Below, one piece after another: positions 26,126-39,039 of a stretch of 63,278 bases of DNA. A program made the translations under genes and the position numbers. The number at the start of each line of letters is the position of its first letter. Positions within the stretch are counted from its first letter, which is position 1. The notes beneath the pieces were generated by a model that did not search any database, had not been told where the DNA came from, and was given only the letters and a program-made list of their open reading frames with translations. The stretch is from Chiloscyllium plagiosum (Eukaryota). The stretch lies in assembly GCF_004010195.1 (NCBI RefSeq), contig NC_057719.1, positions 78,386,898 to 78,450,175 on the forward strand. The letters are read 5' to 3'.

Positions 26126-26699
26126 AGTTCTCCAACTGACTTGAGTGTCAGAAACCTCTGGTGTTTCTTTCTTCCTGTAGCTGCAGGTCCACAACTATGC
26201 TGTGTTCATCAAAACGTGACTCCCAAACAACTCCAGTTGGAGTACCCACTGAGGCGAAATGTCTCTGCCCTGATGGAAAGTGAGGTGAAGCTGTGACTGT
26301 GGAATCTCTGAGCCCTGCGGCTGTCCCCCTCAGAAGTGTGGTAGAAGTGGGCCTGGAGCTGGGGGTTTGCCTTCCCTTCCTGTGGAGTGGGATCAGTAGT
26401 ACAGAAAGACATTAAAGTTTGACAGTGTTGTGAACCACCACCCTGACTGGAGGTTCTTTTAACACATTGGTGCTTAATGTGCAGCTAAGAGTAGCGGGAT
26501 TGGAGGCTTTCTAGCTAGACTGCTGGAGATGTCCAGTCTCCTCTTCAGTTATGACCATGTTGCCCTTTATTATCCTGGATAGTCTTCAGGAGATCCTCCT
26601 GGGGAGACTTACAAAGCAACTAGTCTGGGTAATGTGATAACTATCTGACTGTGTGCGCGATGTGTAGGGCGTAGTTTCTGCCTTAGTTATGTCCTCGAA

Positions 26700-26910
26700 T
26701 AAAAACAGAGTGCTTGAGAAACCCAGCAGGTCTGGCAGCATCTGGGGTGAGAGAAAGAGTTAATGTTTGAGTCCAGTGATCATTTGTCAGAGCAGGAACT
26801 GAATGGAAATCCTCAGGTGAGTTCTGACAAAGGGACAATGGAATCTAGACATTAACTCTGTTTTTCACTCCTCAGATGCTGTGAGAATTTCCACTTACAT
26901 TTCACGTTTC
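26700..26910. mobile_element. Degenerate Penelope-derived fold-back element (family-4-like)
   Basis: cagcaggtctggcagcatctg...agagttaatg / cattaactctg...cagatgctg inverted arms. Confidence 0.55.
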
Positions 26911-28563
26911 CAGTGACCCTCCGTTCCAAGTCCCTAAAGTAGAAACCCAGTGACTTGTGTACAAGGCTGGAAATGTAACTAGCTATTGTGAGGATGTGTA
27001 GTCCTGAAAGATTTAACATCACTGCAAATTAAAATAAAAAGTCTTTCTAAAGGATATTTGACTTTCTTTAATAGAAAAGAATGGTGAAGTAGAGTCTCAT
27101 GTCTTTCACTGTTGGGAAGGGACAGCAATTGCATGGAGAAAATCAGGATTCCAGTGTGGATGTAGAAGTTTGCTTTTATTGGAGTATTATTTTAATGCAA
27201 AAACCTTAGTCTAGCATTGCTTAACTAACAGCCATTGATAAGTGTTAAGAATTGCTCTAGCCTTTAACTGAAACTACTTTGACTCCTTGATGAATGGTCT
27301 GAAAGGATATAAAATCTGTGCTTTGCAAATCTATCCATTAAATTCTTACAGAGCCAGACTGTTATAAGCCACATTAGCAATGTACTATTGCCATTTAATC
27401 TGCTTTAGAATAATTTTATTACCTATTACTGGAAAAAGTCCATTTATCAATAGTATTTTATGCTCATTTATGTTTACAAGAGAGAGGTTATCACTTCACA
27501 TTCATAAATGACCTTCATTGCAATTAAAGATTTAGAGACAAATCTGAATAAATGCATGTACGTGATAAACCAGCAAAAACGAGCCATTGAATCAATTTCT
27601 TTTCATTCCAAGTAATTCTAGAAACTGTTTGAATATTTCTACCTCTGGCATATACAGTCTTTGGTACAACAGCTGAGACTTTGTGTGGGCCCATATACTT
27701 TGAAGTATCCAGTGCACCTAACCACTAACGTAACTACTTAATATTACACAGTGAATGAAATTTCCTGGACAAGAGCATCTGTGATGAGAGCCTGTAGAGG
27801 GGTCAAGATGAATTCTGCATTTGACACTTCTGGCTGAAGGTCAGCATGAAAGTTTTAGCCCTGTTCTCTGCACTCACATTCTAGCCAATGCCTTTGTTGA
27901 GGATGGAGATAATCATGGACCTTTGTCCTTCTGCTAGTTGTTTAATTGTCCCCTATCATTCACAATTGGATCTGGCAAGATTGTAGAGCTTTGACCTGAT
28001 CTGTTGGTTGTGGAATCACTAAATTCTATTGGTAGCATGCTCGCTCCACTGTTTAAGCATTGTTGTAACTTTACCAGGTTGCTACCTAATTGTTAGGTAT
28101 GTCTGGTTTTCCACGCCCCTCTCTGAACCAATGTTTGTCCCCTGACTCTCTTTTTTGCAGTTGATAGTGTATGTTCTTGCATATCCTCAATCTATCAATA
28201 ATGGTGGATAATTCCACTGCTAATGCTCTATTGCACCTCCTGGATGTCCTGTTTGAAGCTGCTAAGGCTGCAGTGAATCTATGCCATTTAGCAAGGTGAT
28301 AGCTTTCTAAAGATGTATCGATTTCCCTCATGGGATGTGGGCATTGTTAGACATTCAGCAATTGTTGCCCATCTCAAGTTGCCCTTGAAGGTGGTGATGA
28401 GCTACCTTCTTGAACTGCTACTATCTGCTGTAGATAGACGTACAATGTCCTGGAGCAGTAAATTCCAGGATTTCAAACCAGCAACAGGAAAGGAATTTCC
28501 ATGTCTCTGTGGTGAGTGTCTTGGAGGGGAGCTTGCAGATAGTGGTGTTCCCATGTATCAGCT

Positions 28564-28692
28564 TATTCCTGATGAAGGGCTTTGGCCTGAAACGTCGATT
28601 TCACTGCTCCTTGGATGCTGCCTGAACTGCTGTGCTCTTCCAGCACCACTAATCCAGAATCTGGTTTTCAGCAACTGCAGTCATTGTTTTTA
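28564..28692 (+). mobile_element. Penelope-derived short insertion (family 1) nested in CR1-B
   Basis: Perfect 13-bp TSD ccatgtatcagct at 28551-28563 and 28693-28705. Confidence 0.88.
28565..28600 (+). ncRNA. Minimal type I hammerhead ribozyme, intact core
   Basis: attc-CTGATGA(28569-28575)-a-gggc-tttg-gcct-GAAA(28589-28592)-CGTC(28593-28596)-gatt. Palindromic ACGT at stem III. Confidence 0.7.
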
Positions 28693-31552
28693 CCATGTAT
28701 CAGCTGCCCTTGTCCTTCTTGATAAAGTGCTCGTGGGTTGGCAAGCTGCTGTCTAAGGACCTTTGGTGAATTCCTGCACTGCATCTTGCAGATGGTACGG
28801 AGCGTCAGTGGTGGAGGGAGTGGATGCTTGGGGATGCGGTGCCGATCAAGTGTGCTGCTTTGTATTGGATGACGTCAGGCTTCTTGAGTGTTGTTGGGGC
28901 TGCCCTCCTCCAGGCAAGCGGGAGTATTTCACACTCTTGCTTGTGTATGGCTTTAAAGAGTCAGGAGATGAGTTACTCACCACAGCATTCCGAGCTTCTG
29001 ACCTGCTCTTGTAGCCACTATATTTAAATGGTGAGTCCCATTGAATTTTTGGTCAATGGTAACCCCCAGGATATTTACAGTGTGGCGATCAGTGATAGTA
29101 GCAGTATTGAATCTTAAGGGGCCATGACTCTATTATCTCTTAATGGACTTGGGCGTAGCCTGGCATTTGTATGGCATGGATGTTACTTGCCACTGGTCAT
29201 CCCAAACCTGGAGGTTGTCCCGATCTTGTTGCATTTGAACATCGACTACTTCTGTACCTGAGGAGCCATGAATAGTGCTCAACATTGCAACCATTGGCGG
29301 ACATCCCCAATTTGACCTTATGATGGAGCATAGGTCAATGATGAAACAGCTGAAGATGATGGTTGGACCTAGGACACCACCCTGAGGAATTCCTGCAGAG
29401 ATGTTCTGGAGCTGAGATGACTGACCTCCAAGAACCACAACCATCTTCCTATGTGCCAGGTGTGACTCCAACCAGTGCAGAGTTTGCCCCCCCGATACCC
29501 ATTGATTCTAGTTGTTAGGGCTACTTGATGCCACTCTGTCGAATGTGGCCTTGATGTCAAGGGCTGTCACTCTCACCTCACCTCTGGAATTTAGCTCTTT
29601 TTTTTTGATTGTTTGTTTGAACCAAGGCTGTAATGAGGTCAGGAGCTGCGTGGGCCTGGTGGACCCCAAACTGGGCGTCACTGAGCAGGTTATTATTGAG
29701 CAGGTGTTGCTTAATGCACCTTCCATCACTTTACTGATGATCTAGAGTAGACTGGGGCAGTATTTGACTGGATTGGATTTGTCCTTCTTTTTTGTGTACA
29801 TGACATAGCTGAACACTCTTCCACATTGTCTGGTAGATGCTAATGTTGTAACTATCCTGGCTGGGGGTGCGGCACGTTCTGGAGTACAAGCCTTCAGTAC
29901 CATTGCTGGAATGTTGTCAGGGCCCATCGCCTTTGCAGTATCTGATGCCTCCAACCATTTCTTCATGTCATGTGGAATTAATTCAGTTGTCTGAAGACCG
30001 GTATCTGTAATGCTGGGGACCATGGGTGGAGACTGAAATAATGACTCACAAAACAATGGAATGAAGATTGACTGTTGTTTCATTATGTGACTGTGCAGTG
30101 GTCACTCTAATCAATACTGTCATGGATAAGTGACTCTATGGCATGTACATTGATAAGAACAGTGTCAATACATTTTCCTCATTTTGGTTCTCTTATCAAT
30201 CAGGAAGCTTTGATCTTCACGCCAAGTGAGTAGCAATGTAACCAAACTGCTCTTTGTGATAGACATTGAACATTGAAGTCTCCCACTCGGAATACATTTA
30301 TGCCCTTGTTAGGCTCAGTGTGTCTTCCAGGAGATGTTCAAAATGGATGAGTAGTGATTCATCACTGAAGGAGAGTGAAAATGCTAATTGGCAAGAGGTT
30401 TCCTTGCCCATCTTTGATTTCATATCAAGAGACCTCATAGGATCTGGAGTCAATATTGAGATCTCCCACTGTATACCATTTTCCATCACTTCTGGTTCCA
30501 TGCTGCTGATTGGAGTAGACATACCCAGGGATGGCAATAGAGTAATTGGGGACATTGCCTGAAAGTTATGACTATAACTCATTGTTACTTGATTAGGTTA
30601 TGGGGTAGCTCTCCCCATTTTGTGAAATGTCTCCAAATGTTAATTGTTAATGTTTTACTCTGTGACATAACAGTGCCAGTTATACAATATGGACTGAAGA
30701 TGGAAATCTTTACAATAGAGTTAATGACCAAGTTAAATTTAGTAAATCTGACCTCAATTGCTGCTGTTTGCACATGGAAACAAGTAATGGTTGACATCTT
30801 GTCAATGTACAGTAATTGACAGCAATTCAAGATAAGGGTGCATGGAATTTAATGTTACTGAGAATGACTTTGCAGGATCACCAAAGGTAAAATATGCCTT
30901 TTTCTGTCCCTATTACTTAGGTTAATATGATATGGTATGTTTGTTTTTTTAACTAATAACTATACAGAGTCAGCCACATTATTGATGCTGTTCTAAACTG
31001 TAAGCCCAAAATTTGGCTGTTTTCAAGTCTTCTCAGGTTTTGCACTTGGGAACATCTGCATTTTCATAAACCAGTCTGTAAACTTTGGAGGTTCCGCACA
31101 ACGCACAAGTATGGTATAAAGGCAGGTTTGAGCTGAATTGGAGTTGTTGCAGTTTGTGATACATACTAAGAAGAGTGCACTATATGTAAAATGAATCCAT
31201 CTCAGCAAGGAACCTTTGGTCATTTGATGAGATGAATGCTTTACTGCTGGCTGCAAAAGTGAATGGTATAGCATTACTTACACAGACCAAAAGGCTAATC
31301 CAGCTGCAGTTTCAATGTACATAGGATGTGGTTTTAACCAGAGGTGGTATATCATGTTAAACCTTGTTGAGGCAGAGACACAGACACCGATTTTGGTTTG
31401 GCTTGTATTAAAGCATATCTATCCATCTTTGTATAATAAATTCACTGCAGCATTATTGTGTTTGCAAGGAAGAATCCATTTGTAATGGTCTTTTTGCCTT
31501 TCTTGGTGCAGTAAAATCAAGACTGCCATCTGACTGATTTCTGTTATACATC

Positions 31553-32103
31553 GTAGAGTCATAGAGAGGTACTGTGTGGAAACAGACCCTTCGGTCCAAA
31601 TCGTCCATGCCAACCAGATATCCTAAATTAATCTAGCCCCTATTGCCAGCATTTGGCCATACTCCCTCAACCCTTCCTATTCATATACCCATCCAGATGC
31701 CTTTTAAATGTTGTAATTGTATTAGCCTCCACCACTTCCTCTGGCAGCTCATTCCATACATACACCACCCTCTGCGTGAAAAGGTTGCCTTTTATATCTT
31801 GCCCCTCTTACCTTAAACCTGCGCCCTCTAGTTTTGGACTCTGCTCCCCTGGGAAAAAGACCTTGGCTGTTCACCCTATCCATGCCCCTCATGATTTTAT
31901 AAATGCCCCCTCTAGAAGGTCACCCCTTAGTCTCTGACACGCCAAGCAGAATAGCCCCAGCCTATTCAGCCTCTCCCTATAACTCAAACACTCTAACCCA
32001 AGCAACATGTATGAAAATCTTTTCAGAACTCTTTCAAGTTTCACAGCATCCTTCCTATAGCAGGGAGACCAGAATTTAACACAATATTCCAAAGTGGCCT
32101 AAC
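31553..32103 (-). mobile_element. CR1 3' fragment
   Basis: EYCVKFWSPCYRKDAVKLERVLKRF...LRGDL. Confidence 0.9.
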
Positions 32104-32124
32104 ACACTCTGGTAGAGTCGCATC

Positions 32125-33125
32125 ATAAAACCATAGAGATGTACAGCATGGAAGAAAACACTACAGTCCAACTCGACCATGCCAATCCGATATCCTAACC
32201 TAATCTAGCCCCAGTTGCCAGCATTTGGCCATATCACTCTAAACCCTTCATATTCATATACTCCTCCAGATGCCTTTTAAATGTTGTAATTTACTAGCCT
32301 CCACCACTACCTCTGGCAGCTCATTCCATACCCTTTCAATTTTTGTAATATTCTTTTGATAGGAATTTGCACTGTTGGAATTTGCACGCAAATTCCAACA
32401 GTGGTCTAACCAATATCCTGTACAGCCGCAAATGACCTCCAAATTCCTAAACTTGATGCGCTGACCAATAAAGGAAAGCATACCAAACGCCACCTCCACC
32501 CTCCAGATGCCTTTTAAATGTTGTAATTTACTAGCCTCCACCACTACCTCTGGCAGCTCATTCCATACCCTTTCAATTTTTGTAATATTCTTTTGATAGG
32601 AATTTGCACTGTTGGAATTTGCACGCAAATTCCAACAGTGGCCTAACCAATATCCTGTACAGCCGCAAATGACCTCCAAACTCTAAACTTGATGCGCTGA
32701 CCAATAAAGGAAAGCATACCAAACGCCACCTCCACTATCCTCTCAACCTGCGACACCACTTTCAAGGAGCTATGAGCCTGCACTCAAAGGTCTTTGTTCA
32801 GCAACATTCCCCAGAACATTACCATTAAGTGTAGGAGTCCTTCCATGATTTGCCTTTCCAAAATGCAGCACCTCACATTTATCTAAATTAAACTCAATCT
32901 GCCATTCATTGGTCCATTGGCCCATCTGATCAAGATCACACTGTACTCTGAGGTAACAATCATTGTCTACTAACTGCCAATTTTCGAGTCATCTGTAAAC
33001 TTACTAACCATACCTCTTAGATAAATTATCCACAAAAAGCAGTGGATTCAACATCATTCCTTTTGGAACATTGCTGGTCACAGGCCTCCAGTCCAAACAG
33101 CCACACTCCTCTACAACCCTCTGTC
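32125..33125 (-). mobile_element. CR1 fragment with internal deletion and 237-bp tandem duplication
   Basis: CR1 tail at 32125 and KFTDDSK motif at ~32985-33005. Duplicated unit at 32264-32500 and 32501-32735. Confidence 0.88.
32264..32735. repeat. Tandem duplication, period 237 bp, each unit containing a 16-bp perfect hairpin
   Basis: Near-identical units. The 79-aa repeat is visible in ORF 32254..32679. Confidence 0.95.
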
Positions 33126-35419
33126 TGCCACTCCATTTTTATGTCAATTATAAACAATTTGCAAAACTGCACATATTAGCAAAATAAATAATGTCACATT
33201 GCCTCGTATTTTATTCCATCTGGTACCTTGTCCACCTAATGGGTCTATGTTTTCTGCAGCTTCTTTGCATGCCCTTCTCAGATACCTTTGCACCATCATG
33301 GGCACTTTGTGCTAGAACTTTTTATCAATATAATTGGCACAGATTTTAAATAACTGTGGCTCTAGCTCTGATTTTTACAAATTTGACTGGTCCTTTCAAA
33401 ATACACTGTTTAACCAAATTCTGTCCTTCATGTTCAAGACCCAATCTTCTTCCACACTAATATAGATTCTGGGTAATCCAAGATGGAGGATGAGGAAAAC
33501 ATTGTGGCTATAAGAGATGCTTCTTTTTGGGGTGTTTCAAGTGTTGGAGCTGAATTTCTCAAATTCCGGGAGAATAATTGCTGTTTTATAAGCTGTTGCA
33601 TCATTTTGTAACTTTTGAGGGTGAAAAAAAATTCGAAACAACAGCACTCTTAAAAAGGAGGGAGGGAGACAAAGGCAGAGACCCTATGGTCAGGGAGAGA
33701 CAAAGAAACCAACTCTGCTCTCTGACACAGCAGTGAAGCTGTACAGCTATTGCCTTTGCTGCTTGAGTTCAAGTATTTGTGGACATTTGGGTGCATCTAA
33801 GAAAAATTAACAAACAGCGAAAATCACACCCGACCTTGGAGGAACCTGTGTGGGAGATCACGTAGCACGGGAGCAGATAAGTGCATAGTTTTTAAGTTTA
33901 ATCTTGATTTTTTTTTAAATCTACAACAGTGAATAGAGTGGGTTCTTTTTTTGGTTATATGTTTTATTGATATGTCTCTGAAAACTTAAAACTATAAAAC
34001 ATAGGTACTAAGTCAGCTTGAAGCAATGTTTCTTTTTGAGTAGTATGTGCTATTTTCTGGCTGTATTGATTAAGGTGTAAAGATGGCCCTTAGTAGAATG
34101 ATGTGCACTTCCTGTTGGATGTGGGAGTTTAGGGAGAGTTTCCATGTTACTGATGATCATGTCTGGAGGAAGTGTTTGGTTGCATATCCTATCTGATCGC
34201 ATGGATCAGTTGGAGTGGCAGTTGGAGGCAATGAGGAATTTATAGGAGTGAGGTGGTGTGCTGGATGGCAGTTTATAGGAAGGGGGAAAAATGCAGATAC
34301 AATCAAGTAGAGGGGTTACCTCCAGGAAAGGTAAGAGAGGGAGGCAAATTGTGCAGGAGTCTCCTGTGTTGTCCCCATCTCAAACAAATATGCTGTTTTG
34401 GAAAACATAGGGGGTGATGGACACTCAGGGGAATGTAGCAACAACAGCCAAGTTTCTGGCTCTAATGTAACAAGTGGTATGTCTGGTTCCAAGCGATTGA
34501 TTGATTGTGATAGGGGACTCTCTCTAGTCAGAGACTGAGATATTTCTGCAGCTGACAATGAGAAATCAGAATGGTGTGTTGCCTCCCTGGTGCCAGAATC
34601 AAGGATATCTCAGGGTGCAGAATATTCACCAAGGAGAGAGGGACCGGCAGGAGGTCATTGTACACATTTGAAATAGCGACTGAGGAAGGAAAAAGGATGA
34701 GATTCTAAAGGGAGAATGTAGGAAGTTATGCAGGAATTTAAAAAGAAAGTCTTTGAGGATAGTAATATCTGGATTATTCCTGGTGCCATGAGCTAGTGAG
34801 GGTAGGAATAGGAGGATAGAGCAGATGAACGTGTGGCTGAGGAGCTAGTGCAGGGGAGAATGGTTCACATTTTTGGATCTCTTCTGGGGTAGAACTGACC
34901 TGTAAAAGAAGGACAGATTGCACTTGAATGGAAGGGGACTAATCATACTGCCAGGGAGATTTCCGAGAGCTGTTTGGGAGGATTTAAACTAAGTGGGAGG
35001 GTGGACCCAGGGAGATAGTCCTTTTTCCTAACTGATCGTTCCTCACTAAGTCAAATAGTTAGGGCAGGCATGAACAAAGCAGTGAACAAGGTAGGACTGA
35101 TAAATTGAACTGCATTTATTTCAATGCAAGAGGCCGAATAGGGAAGGCAGATGAAGGCAGGGCATGGTAAGGAACGTGGGAGTGGGATATCATAGTAATT
35201 CCAGAGATGTGGCTCAGGAATGGATAGGACTTGGCAGCTCAGTGTTCCAGGGTGTAGATGCTATAGGAAGGATCGAAAGGGAGGCAAGAGAGGAGGAGGA
35301 GTGGCATTTTTGATCAGGGATAACATTACAGGTATACTTGATATTTCTGGGAATACGTTCAGGGAAGTTAATTGGATGGAACTGAGATATAAGAAAGGAA
35401 TGATCACCTTATTGGGATT

Positions 35420-35644
35420 AAAATCAACCAGGTAAAAACAATGACTGCAGATGCTGGAAACCAGATTTTGGATTAGTGGTGCTGGAAGAGCACAGCAGTT
35501 CAGGCAACATCCGAGGAGCAGCAAAATCGACGTTTCGGGCAAAAAAGCCCTTCATCAGGAAAGGGCTTTTGCCCGAAACATCGATTTTGCTGCTCCTCGG
35601 ATGCTGCCTGAACTGCTGTGCTCTTCCAGCACCACTAATCCAAA
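35420..35644. mobile_element. Young Penelope-derived fold-back insertion (family 1) in the CR1 endonuclease
   Basis: Nearly perfect inverted arms. TSD accttattggg(g)att at 35406-35419 and 35645-35659. Confidence 0.9.
35525..35561 (-). ncRNA. Minimal type I hammerhead ribozyme, intact core
   Basis: Minus strand ttc-CTGATGA-a-gggc-tttttt-gccc-GAAA-CGTC-gatt (core 35529-35558). Confidence 0.72.
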
Positions 35645-36474
35645 ACCTTATTGGGGATTGTATTATAGACTCCCCAGTGGTCAGTGGGAAATTGAGAAGC
35701 AAATTTGTAAGGAGATGTCAGTTATCTGTAAGAATAATAGGGTAGTTATTGTAGGGGATTTTAACTTTCCAAACATAGACTGGGACTCCCATAGCGTTAA
35801 GGGTTTAGATGGAGAAGAATTTAAGTGTGTACAAGAAAATTTTCTGATTCAGTATGTGGATGTACCTACTAGAGAAGGTGCAAAACTTGACCCACTCTTG
35901 GGTAATAAGGCAGGGCAGGTGACTGAGCTGTCAGTGGGGGAGCACTTTGGGACCAGCGACGATAATTCTATTAGATTTAAAATAGTGATGGAAAAGGATA
36001 GACCAGACCTTAAAGTTAACGTTCCAAATTGGAGGAAGGCTAATTTTGGTGGTATTAGGCAAGAACTTTCAAAAGTTGATTGGGAGAGATGTTTGCAGGT
36101 AAAGGGATGGCCGGAAAATTGAATACCTTCAAAAATGAGATAGTATGTTCCTGTTGGGGAGAAGGATGAGGCTGGTAAGTGTAAGGAATGCTGGATGACG
36201 AGAAATAGAGGTTTTTATTAAGAAACAGAAGGAAGCATATGTCGGGTATAGACAGCAGAGATCGAGTGAATCCTTAGAGTATAAAGGCACTAGGAGGGAA
36301 ATCAGGAGGGTAAAAAGGGAACTTCAGATTGCTTTGACAAATAGGGTTAAGCAGAATCCAAATGGATGTTAGAAATACATTTAAGGACAAAAGGGTAACT
36401 GAGGAGAGAAGAGGGCCCCTCAAAGATCAGCAAAGCAGCCTATGTGTGGAGCCGCAGGAGACGGGGGAAAGATA

Positions 36475-37538
36475 TGGTTGTGGACTAAGCCACACCACTC
36501 AAAACATTCTTAGCAGGCAGCCCAGTCCATAACATTGCGATTTGTTTTGGTAAGTGTACAGTGAAAATTACCCAGAGTAAGTTAACGAGGTTGACTACCA
36601 AACACACACTTATTCGCAAATTGACACGATAAAACTCACAGAACAGAATAAAGAACCCCTACAGAACTCCGCTATCCAAACCAGACTAAATTATGCTGTT
36701 CAGCATATACACAACCGTCCCAATTACCAAACCCCTTAAACACAGTAAAAATGAAACAAATGCTTACAGGTCGAAGTTAGAAGGGTAGAAGGAGAAAGAG
36801 TTTAGCAGCCTTTCTTCTCACAGTCCACTGCTGAACTCTCCAACAAGTTCTGGACTGAACTGCTCAGCTAAAAAGCAGGCCAGGCCCCCTTGACTTATAC
36901 AGGTTACTTCTAAAAATAAAAGCTTTGGCCTAAAGACTCATCTGTTTACTTTTAAACAAAAAGGCATTTCATCTGTGGACCAAACTCAGCTGTTTCGGAG
37001 CCTGGCCTGTTTACGACCCCTCTGGGGGCAAAAAACCAAGGACACAGTATCCTTGAGAATACCGGGGGAGACAGTGGTGTAGTGGTAATGTCACTGGACA
37101 AGTGATTCAGAACTCTGTTAATGCACTGGAAGCATAAGTTCAAATCCCATCATGACACGTGGTGAAATTTGAAATCTTTGTGGGTGGCATGGTGGCTCAG
37201 TAATTAGCCCTGCTGCCTCACAGCGCCAGAGATCCGCGTTCAATTCCAGCCTCGGATGACTGTTTGTGTTGAGTTTGCACATTCTCCTTATGTCTGCATG
37301 GGTATTCTCCAGGTGCTCTGGTTTCCTCCCACAATCCAAAGATATGCATGTCAGGTGAATTGGCCATGTTAAATTGCCCATAGTGTTGGGTGTATTCATC
37401 AGTAGTAAGTACAAGGTAGAGGAATGGGTCTGGGAGCATTACTCTTCAGAGGGTTACTATGGACTTGCTGGGCCAAATGGCCTGTTTCCATACTGTAGGG
37501 AATTTAATCTCTTCAAGAAAAGGAGCAGCTTTGTGACA
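36475..37538 (-). mobile_element. Solo-LTR-like insertion interrupting CR1 ORF2
   Basis: CR1 sequence breaks at ...gaaagata and resumes at actaaatgag. The insert begins tggttgtg and ends tgtgaCA. Its reverse complement resembles 50335-50500. Confidence 0.55.
37072..37510 (+). mobile_element. SINE head (37072-37178) plus HE1-type SINE (37181-37510) nested in the LTR-like insert
   Basis: A-box tggctcagtaattagc, B-box cgttcaattcc and HE1 body/tail. Confidence 0.85.
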
Positions 37539-38761
37539 ACACTAAATGAGTATTTTGCATCTGTGTTTACTGAGGAGAAGTACATGGGTGATATAGAATG
37601 GGGGAAATAGATGGTGGCATCTTGAAAAATGTCCATATTACAGAGGAGGAAGTGCTGGTTGTCTTAAAATGCATAAAGGTGGATAAATCCCCAAAATCTG
37701 ATCAGGTGTACCCTGAAACTCTGTGGGAATCTAGGGAAGTGATTGCTGGGCCCCTTGCTGAGAGATTTGTATTATCAATAGTCACAGATGAGGTGCTGAA
37801 AGATTAGAGATTGCCTAACATCAACAGTGGGTAAGTTGTTGGAAGGAATCCTGAGGGACAGGATGTACATGTATTTGGAAAGGCAAGGACTGATTAGGGA
37901 TAGTAAACATGGCTTTGTGCATGGGAAATCATGTCTCGCAAAGTTGAGTGAGGTTTTGAAGAGGTAACACAGAAGACTGATGGGCCAGAGTGGTGGACAT
38001 GATCTGTATGGACTTCAGTGAGGCAAAGAAGATTGATGAGGGCAGAGCAGTAGATGTGATCTATATGGACATCAGTAAGGCGTTCGACAAGGTTCCTCAT
38101 GGTAGACTGGTTAGCAAGGTTAGATCTCCTGGAATACAGGGAGAACTAGCCATTTGGATACAGAACTGACTTGAAGGTAGAAGACCGAGGATGGTGGTGG
38201 AGGGTTGCTTTTCAGACTGGAGGCCTGTGGCCAGTGGAGTGCCACAAGGATCGGTGCTGGATCCACTGCATTTTATCATTTATATCAATGATTAAGATAA
38301 GAGGTATGGTTAATAAATTTCAGATGACACCAAAATTGCAAGTGTAGTGGATAGCGAAAAGGTTATCTCCAAAGTACAACAGTATCTTGATTAGATGGGC
38401 CAATGGGCTGTGGTGTGGCAAATGGAGTTTAATTTAGATAAATGTGAGGTGCTGCATTTTGGGAAAGGCAAATCTGAGCAGGACTTATACACTTAATGGT
38501 AAGGTCCCAGGGAGTGTTGCTGAACAAAGAGACCTTGGAATGCAGGTTCATAGCTCCTTGGAAGTGGAGTCGCAGGTAGATAGGAGAGTGAAGAAGGCAT
38601 TTGGTATGCTTTCCTTTATTGGTCAGAGTATTGAGTACAGGAGTTGGGAGGTCATGTTGCGGCTGTACAGGACATTTGGTTAGACCACTGTTGGAAAATT
38701 TACGTGCAATTCTGGTCTCCTTCCTATTGGAAGGATGTTGCGAAACCTGAAAGGGTTCAGA

Positions 38762-38972
38762 TTGTGTGTTTCCTCCCACAATCCAAAGCTGTGCAGATTC
38801 AGTGGATTGGCTGTGCTAAATTGCCCAAAGTCTTCAGGGAAATGCAGGTTAGGTGGATTAGCCATGGGACATGCAGGGTTACAGGAATAGGGTGAGGAGT
38901 GGAATGCTCTTTATAGGAACAGTGCGGACTCAATGGGCCGAATGGCCTACTTCCACACTGTAGGGATTCTGT
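38762..38972 (+). mobile_element. HE1-type SINE 3' fragment
   Basis: tcctcccacaatccaaag...ccacactgtagggattc. Confidence 0.8.
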
Positions 38973-39039
38973 GATCTCAGTCCAAAGAGGCTTGAGGTTC
39001 AAAGATCTTTATTTTGTCTACCTGTTTAAATTTAATCAA

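Larger units (their letters stand above)
27770..30615 (-). mobile_element. CR1 family B long decayed fragments (EN-RT-3' end)
   Basis: KAMGPDNIPAMVLKAC, VRVTALDIKATFDRV, AGIPQGGVLGPTI and WQVT motifs on the minus strand. Confidence 0.88.
33510..38760 (+). mobile_element. Near-full-length decayed CR1 LINE (5'UTR, ORF1 Zn-finger/SGNH esterase, ORF2 APE endonuclease plus RT) with nested insertions
   Basis: ORF1 from ATG 34083 (CTSCWMWE; VIGDSL; VCCLPGARIKDIS; LHLN). ORF2 motifs [61 protein letters not shown]. Many stops and frameshifts. Confidence 0.92.

Noticed and set aside
32254..32679. ORF with a 79-aa internal repeat
   Set aside because: By-product of the 237-bp duplication of CR1 sequence
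35451..36122. 223-aa ORF, the longest in the window
   Set aside because: Chance fusion of a palindromic PLE insert with the CR1 endonuclease frame. Not a host gene.
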